In this document: in pieces, positions 59,448-64,000 of the stretch
How positions within the stretch are numbered: position 1 is the stretch's first letter
Layout of the letters: each line of letters begins with the position of its first letter
From: an uncultured Acidobacteriota bacterium
Lineage (GTDB): Bacteria; Acidobacteriota; Thermoanaerobaculia; Multivoradales; UBA5704
NCBI GenBank assembly: GCA_963770895.1
Contig: CAVYRF010000002.1
Coordinates: 608,001 to 672,000 of the forward strand
Reading direction: 5' to 3'
Length of the DNA: 64,000 nucleotides
Position numbers and translations under genes: made by a program
Notes under the pieces: model-generated
What the model saw: the letters and a program-made list of their open reading frames with translations, nothing else
The model's database searches: none
Told to the model about the DNA's origin: nothing

Positions 59448-61427
59448 TCAGTCGAGGACGCGGGTGATGACGCCGTAGCCGGAGGTGCCCAGGTAGATCC
59501 GGTCGCCGATCACCAGGGCGGAGCCGACGTCGCGGGCGGGCACCGGCACCGGCAGCGGCCGGAACGAGTGGGTGTCGCGGTCGTACAGGCGCAGCGAATC
59601 GCCGCTCTGCAACAGGGCGCCATAGCGGCTGTCGCCGGTGGGAATGACGTGCGAAGCGCCGGCCGTCAGCTGCACCCACTCGCCCTCGGGCGAGGGGCGC
59701 GCCCAGGCGCCGCTGGCGCCGGCCAGCAGCAGGTCGTCGCCCAGGCGCAGCAGGCGGCCCGGCGCCGGCGCCGGCACCGTGTGGTTGGCGTCGGCGGTCA
59801 GGCGATAGACGCCCTGCGCGTCGCTCACCCACAGGGCGCCGCCGTAGAGGGCGGCGGACAGCGGTGGGCCGTGCTTGTAGGGGCGGCGCTCGAAGACGCC
59901 CTTGGCCGAAAGCTCGTAGAGCGCGTCCGGCGTGCGGGCGATGGGCGGCGAGCCGGCTTCGGCCAGGAGCTGCTCGACGCGCGCCGTGCCCAGCTCGGGC
60001 AGGCGGTGCCAGTCGGCGCCGCGGCGCTCGTACAGGCCGTGCTCGGTGGCGGCATAGACGCGGCCGCCGTAGGCGGTCAGGCCCAGCACGGTCGGCAGCG
60101 GCGAAAAGTCGTTGGTGAACGACTTGCCGCCGTCGCGCGAGGCATACACCCCGGACACCGGGCCGGCGTCGTTGATCGCCACCAGCAGCTCGCCGCCGGC
60201 GGCGGCCAGGGCGCCCACCCGCGTCGCGGTGATGCCGCGGCTGGCGCGGAAAAAGTCGCCGCCGCCGTCGGTCGACATCCACATCCCCGCGCCCTCGGTG
60301 CCCACCAGGATGCGCTGCGGGCGGGCCGGGTCCACGGCGAGCGCGCTGACCGAGAGCGCCGGATCGCTGATCCGGTGCCAGCTCTTGCCGGCGTCGGCCG
60401 AAGCGAAGACCCCCGACACGGTGCCGGCGAGCAGCGGCCCGGTGGCCGGCGCCGCGAAGCTCAGGGTGCGACGCTCGTCGAGGCCATCCTTGAAACGCAC
60501 CCAATGGTCGCCGCGGTCCAGCGTCTGGTAGACCCAGCCGCAGGACGAAGCCCAGATCTCGCCGGGATGCTCGGGGATCGGCGTGAAGCTGAACACTTCG
60601 GTGTCCAGGACCATGCCGTCGAAGACGCCGCTCCAGGTGGCGCCGCCGTCGGTGCTGCGGTAGGCCTGGCGCCAGGTGCCGGCGATGATCGTGTCGGGCC
60701 GGGTCGGATCGACCACCAGGCTGGTGACCTTCTGCACGTCGGGCAGGTCGGCCGTCAACCGCCGCCAGCTGCCGCCGCCGTCGTCGCTGCCCCAAACCCC
60801 GGACAGGGTGCCGGCGAACAGGCGCCCTTCGCGTCCCGGCACCAGCGCCAGCGAATAGACCGCCTCAGCGGGCAGGCCGGCCGACCGCCCCACCCAGCTC
60901 TTGCCGAGATCGTCCGAATACGCCACCTGGCCGCCGCCCCAGACGCCCCACAGCGCCACCCACAGGCGACCCGTGCGGTTGGGGTCCCAGCGCAGGCTGC
61001 TCACCACCCAGCCGGGGAACGGCAGCGGCGCGCCGGCGTCGGTCCACGAAGCGCCGCCGTTGTGCGACACGTAGAGCTGCCCGGTGGTGGTGCCGGCCAG
61101 CACGACGTCCGGCTGGCCGGGAGCGACGACCAGGCTGCGGATGTCGCCGCCCCAGATGGGCAGCGTCCACCAGGTTACCGCCGCGGCGGCGGGAGACGGC
61201 GACGCGGGCGGAGCGACGTCGCCGGAGGAGGAGGAGGAGGACGACGACGACGACGACGAGGCGCTCGCCGGCAAGACGTCCGCCGCCGGCGGGGCGGCGG
61301 CCCAACCGGCGACGGCCGCAAGCCCCAGGATCGCCACGGTCACGATCGCGGTCACCGCGGCGGCGCGCTGCCGCCGCCAGGCGCCGTCCCGGCGCCGATC
61401 CGGCCCACTGTCCAGGCTGCTACTCAT
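59448..61427 (-). CDS. Secreted BNR/Asp-box beta-propeller protein
   Basis: Repeated S.D.G.SW Asp boxes (SHNGGASW, SDDLGKSW, STDGGATW...), signal/TM segment and poly-Ser linker. Confidence 0.85.
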   Translation of the reverse strand: MSSSLDSGPDRRRDGAWRRQRAAAVTAIVTVAILGLAAVAGWAAAPPAADVLPASASSSSSSSSSSSSGDVAPPASPSPAAAAVTWWTLPIWGGDIRSLVVAPGQPDVVLAGTTTGQLYVSHNGGASWTDAGAPLPFPGWVVSSLRWDPNRTGRLWVALWGVWGGGQVAYSDDLGKSWVGRSAGLPAEAVYSLALVPGREGRLFAGTLSGVWGSDDGGGSWRRLTADLPDVQKVTSLVVDPTRPDTIIAGTWRQAYRSTDGGATWSGVFDGMVLDTEVFSFTPIPEHPGEIWASSCGWVYQTLDRGDHWVRFKDGLDERRTLSFAAPATGPLLAGTVSGVFASADAGKSWHRISDPALSVSALAVDPARPQRILVGTEGAGMWMSTDGGGDFFRASRGITATRVGALAAAGGELLVAINDAGPVSGVYASRDGGKSFTNDFSPLPTVLGLTAYGGRVYAATEHGLYERRGADWHRLPELGTARVEQLLAEAGSPPIARTPDALYELSAKGVFERRPYKHGPPLSAALYGGALWVSDAQGVYRLTADANHTVPAPAPGRLLRLGDDLLLAGASGAWARPSPEGEWVQLTAGASHVIPTGDSRYGALLQSGDSLRLYDRDTHSFRPLPVPVPARDVGSALVIGDRIYLGTSGYGVITRVLD

Positions 61428-61602
61428 ACCGTGCTCCATTGGCCGCCACCGGCATTCCCATCGCCATCCATCGCCATCCATCGCTGTCTTGCGCCACCGA
61501 TCGCCATCGCAACCCTGGCGAACAGGCAAAACCCGCGCCACGGCGCATTTGGACATCACCGGACCGCAGAATAACATCGCCGCGCGGCCCCCGGTCCGGC
61601 CG

Positions 61603-62967
61603 TCAGCCGCCCCCGAGGCCAAGCCAACCCTTGACCCGAAACCACCGGTTGCGCAGCTTCCAGAAGCGGCTCGCCTCCATCATGGCGATGCGTGCGGCAA
61701 GCGCGTCCGCCTGCTGCGTCTTGCGCGCCGATTCGTCTTCGGCGCGGTGCAGCCGGCCCAGGACCCAGGTCAGCTCGTTGCGGCTGGCGCCGTGCAGCGC
61801 CGCTTCCAGCGAGGAGGCAACCATCGGATGGACGTTGCCGAGATCGTCCACCAGGCGCAGCCGCAGCACCGAAGCCGACCGCGACAATCCCGGCGGCAGC
61901 TCCAGGCTGCCCTGCCAGCCCAGCCGCAGCTGGCGCTCGTCGCCCAGCATCTGCGCCACCTCCGGCCGATCGCGGTCGACCGCGATGCGCGTCGCGGGCT
62001 GCCCGTCGAGCAGCGCCTCGACCGCCACGACGCCGCCGCCGCCGGGCAGCGCCGCCCAGCCGGAGATCTCCAGCCGGTCGGAGCTGACCACCGAGCACCG
62101 TTCGACAAAGAAGCGCGGCTCGCCGCGGTAGGCGAGGCGCGAAAAGTCGGCGTCCGCTTCGGCGACCGCGACATACAGGTCCTGAAAGCTGCACAGACCG
62201 CGCGGCAGCCGGTGCAGCGACCCCGCCGCGCCGCTGCCGGCGAGCGCCCGCGCCAGCGCGTCGCGCACGAACCGCTCGCTGACCCAGGTGGAGCCGTAGT
62301 CGTGGGTGGCCAGCGTGCCGCTTTCGCTGAGCTCCTGGAACAGCAACCCGGACGCCGGCAGCGCGGTGCCCGGCGGCAGCAGGCTCTGGTCGTGGACGCT
62401 GAACGCCAGCACGCCGCCCGGCGCGAGCAGCGCCATCAGCACCCGCAGCCAGGCCACGAAGCGCTCTTCGGGCAGGTGGGTGAACAGCGAGGTCACCAGG
62501 ATGGCGTCGAAGCCGGCAGCGGGGCCGGCCGCCGCCGCAACTTCCGGAAAGTCCTGCGGCAGCACGGTCGAAACGATGCCGTGCACGCCCAGGCAGCGTT
62601 CCTGAAACCGCACGCCGCCGGCGTAGATGTCCGAAACCCAGATCCGGTCGGCCGGCAGCAGCAGGCGCAGGAAGCGGGTGACGCGGCCGTAGCCGCTGGC
62701 GAAGTCGAGCAGCGTCCCCACCCGCGCCGCGTCGCCGTGGCGCCAGCGCAGGATCTGCGCCATCGACGCCGCGATGCTGGCGCCGGACTGAAAGTAGCTG
62801 TAGAGCGCGCGCTCGCGGTCGCCGCCGTTGGTGGCGACCAGGAAGCCGAGCATCTCGTCGTCGGGGTCGATGCCCAGGAAGACGTCGCCAGGCGCCATCC
62901 CCCGGTCGTGCAGCAGCGCGCGCACCAGGGGGCTTTCCGGTTCGGAGTTGAGGACCGGCGGCGCCAT
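61603..62967 (-). CDS. Class I SAM-dependent methyltransferase with C-terminal coiled coil
   Basis: LLDFASGYGRV, FDAILVTSLFTHL, LAPGGVL and MEASRFWKLR end typical of glycan-locus methyltransferases. Confidence 0.85.
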   Translation of the reverse strand: MAPPVLNSEPESPLVRALLHDRGMAPGDVFLGIDPDDEMLGFLVATNGGDRERALYSYFQSGASIAASMAQILRWRHGDAARVGTLLDFASGYGRVTRFLRLLLPADRIWVSDIYAGGVRFQERCLGVHGIVSTVLPQDFPEVAAAAGPAAGFDAILVTSLFTHLPEERFVAWLRVLMALLAPGGVLAFSVHDQSLLPPGTALPASGLLFQELSESGTLATHDYGSTWVSERFVRDALARALAGSGAAGSLHRLPRGLCSFQDLYVAVAEADADFSRLAYRGEPRFFVERCSVVSSDRLEISGWAALPGGGGVVAVEALLDGQPATRIAVDRDRPEVAQMLGDERQLRLGWQGSLELPPGLSRSASVLRLRLVDDLGNVHPMVASSLEAALHGASRNELTWVLGRLHRAEDESARKTQQADALAARIAMMEASRFWKLRNRWFRVKGWLGLGGG

Positions 62968-63084
62968 GACAGCCCGCAAGTGTAGCAGGTCGATGCCGTT
63001 TGGCCGCCGCCCGCGCGGCGCCTGGGGCCACGGCCCACCCGGCAGCCGCCGGGCGCGCGGGCCGCCGTGACATAATCGTGCCCC

Positions 63085-63540
63085 TTGCGCCCCCCCCCGC
63101 CGCTGCTCGTCCGGTTGGTTGTAAGTCTCGCCCTGATCTGGGCGGCTGTCGCCCTGGCGCGCGAGGCCGGCGCCGCCGTCGCCGGCTGGGACGACCGCCG
63201 GCTGACCGCCTTGCCGTGCAACTGGCGCTTCGGCATGGCGCCCGTCGAGCGCCTGGAGCGCGGCCTGGCCGAGGTGCGCGACTGGCTGCCGCGCGACGGC
63301 GTCGTGCTGTTCGCCTCGCCGCCCGGCAGCTGCGGCGCCCAGTTCTACCGCTGGCGCTGGGCGGCCTACCTGATGCCGAACCTGCAGGTGCAAACGCCGG
63401 ATGGGTTCGCCGACCGCCGGCAGACCGCCTACGAGCTGGCCTGGGACATCCGCCCCGCGCCGCCCCCCGGCTGCCGCCTGGACAGCCTGCGCGACCTGGA
63501 CGGCGGCAGCGGCCAGATCTACCGGATCTTCTGCCCCTGA
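63085..63540 (+). CDS. Hypothetical exported protein
   Basis: N-terminal hydrophobic segment, typical codon usage, coupled to the next ORF. Confidence 0.65.
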   Translation: MRPPPPLLVRLVVSLALIWAAVALAREAGAAVAGWDDRRLTALPCNWRFGMAPVERLERGLAEVRDWLPRDGVVLFASPPGSCGAQFYRWRWAAYLMPNLQVQTPDGFADRRQTAYELAWDIRPAPPPGCRLDSLRDLDGGSGQIYRIFCP

Positions 63541-64000
63541 GCGCCGCCGCCCTGCTGCCGCTCGTGGCGACCGCCGGCGTGGCTGCGGCGCTGGCGCTGC
63601 TCGGCGCCCGCTGGGCGAGCGCCATAGCTGGCGACGGCGACGGTGCGCTCCAGCGGCTGGTGCTCGCGTCGATGGCCGGCTGGCTCACCCTGCACCTGCT
63701 GCTGACCGCCCTGGAGCTGTGCGGCATCCGCTGGACCCTGCCGGCGATCCTTGCCGCGGCCGCCGTCCTCGCCGTGGCGGCGCGCCGGCTGCCGGCGCCA
63801 GGCATGGCGACGCGCCGCCGGCGGCTGCCGTCGGATTACGGCTGGGGTGACGGGCTGGCCCTGGCGGCGCTGCTCGTCTACACCGCGTGCGCGCTGTCGC
63901 TGTGGATCACCATCCCTGACTTCGTGTATCACTGGGGGATCAAGGGCGAGCGGTACTTCCTGGCCGGCGGCGTCGACTACGCCTTCCTGGCAAGCCCCGC
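63537..64000 (+). CDS. Polytopic membrane protein, probable GT-C (partial, runs off window)
   Basis: Open frame LSAAALLPLV..; several TM helices then PDFVYHWGIKG; start uncertain. Confidence 0.6.
   Translation, partial: MSAAALLPLVATAGVAAALALLGARWASAIAGDGDGALQRLVLASMAGWLTLHLLLTALELCGIRWTLPAILAAAAVLAVAARRLPAPGMATRRRRLPSDYGWGDGLALAALLVYTACALSLWITIPDFVYHWGIKGERYFLAGGVDYAFLASP

Overview
High-GC bacterial chromosome segment, probably Acidobacteriota (Thermoanaerobaculia-like; inferred from the duplicated orphan ABC permease and gene content). Housekeeping block: tRNA-Val/tRNA-Asp/rpmG, sodA, tRNA(CAT)-tilS-ftsH-folP-cdaA-cdaR-glmM, a PIN toxin-antitoxin pair, an NtrC-type regulator, recD2 and an ECF sigma/anti-sigma unit. 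Envelope glycan genes: uppP, rmlB-rmlC-DUF4301-DprE2/DprE1-like, GT-C and O-antigen-ligase-like genes, and an arn operon with split arnA. A ~12.5-kb accessory island (40.3-52.7 kb) encodes an unusual two-gene Rhs/YD system. Gene A has a signal peptide, a C39-like peptidase and most of the YD shell, with a homopolymer frameshift. Gene B has its own signal peptide, Ig domains, the rest of the YD shell with three inserted repeats, the Rhs core and a C-terminal tip. Downstream lie an HEXXH protein, orphan toxin/immunity modules, deletion-riddled copies of gene B and a truncated IS4. Other highlights: two orphan double-glycine Cys/Ser/Thr-rich RiPP-like precursors, a candidate promoter-to-terminator sRNA with anti-SD-like tracts, a 44-aa secreted peptide gene, a dyad-symmetric AT-rich element, an RBS-sequestering leader and several tandem-repeat arrays. 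All calls come from motif reading; no database searches were run.
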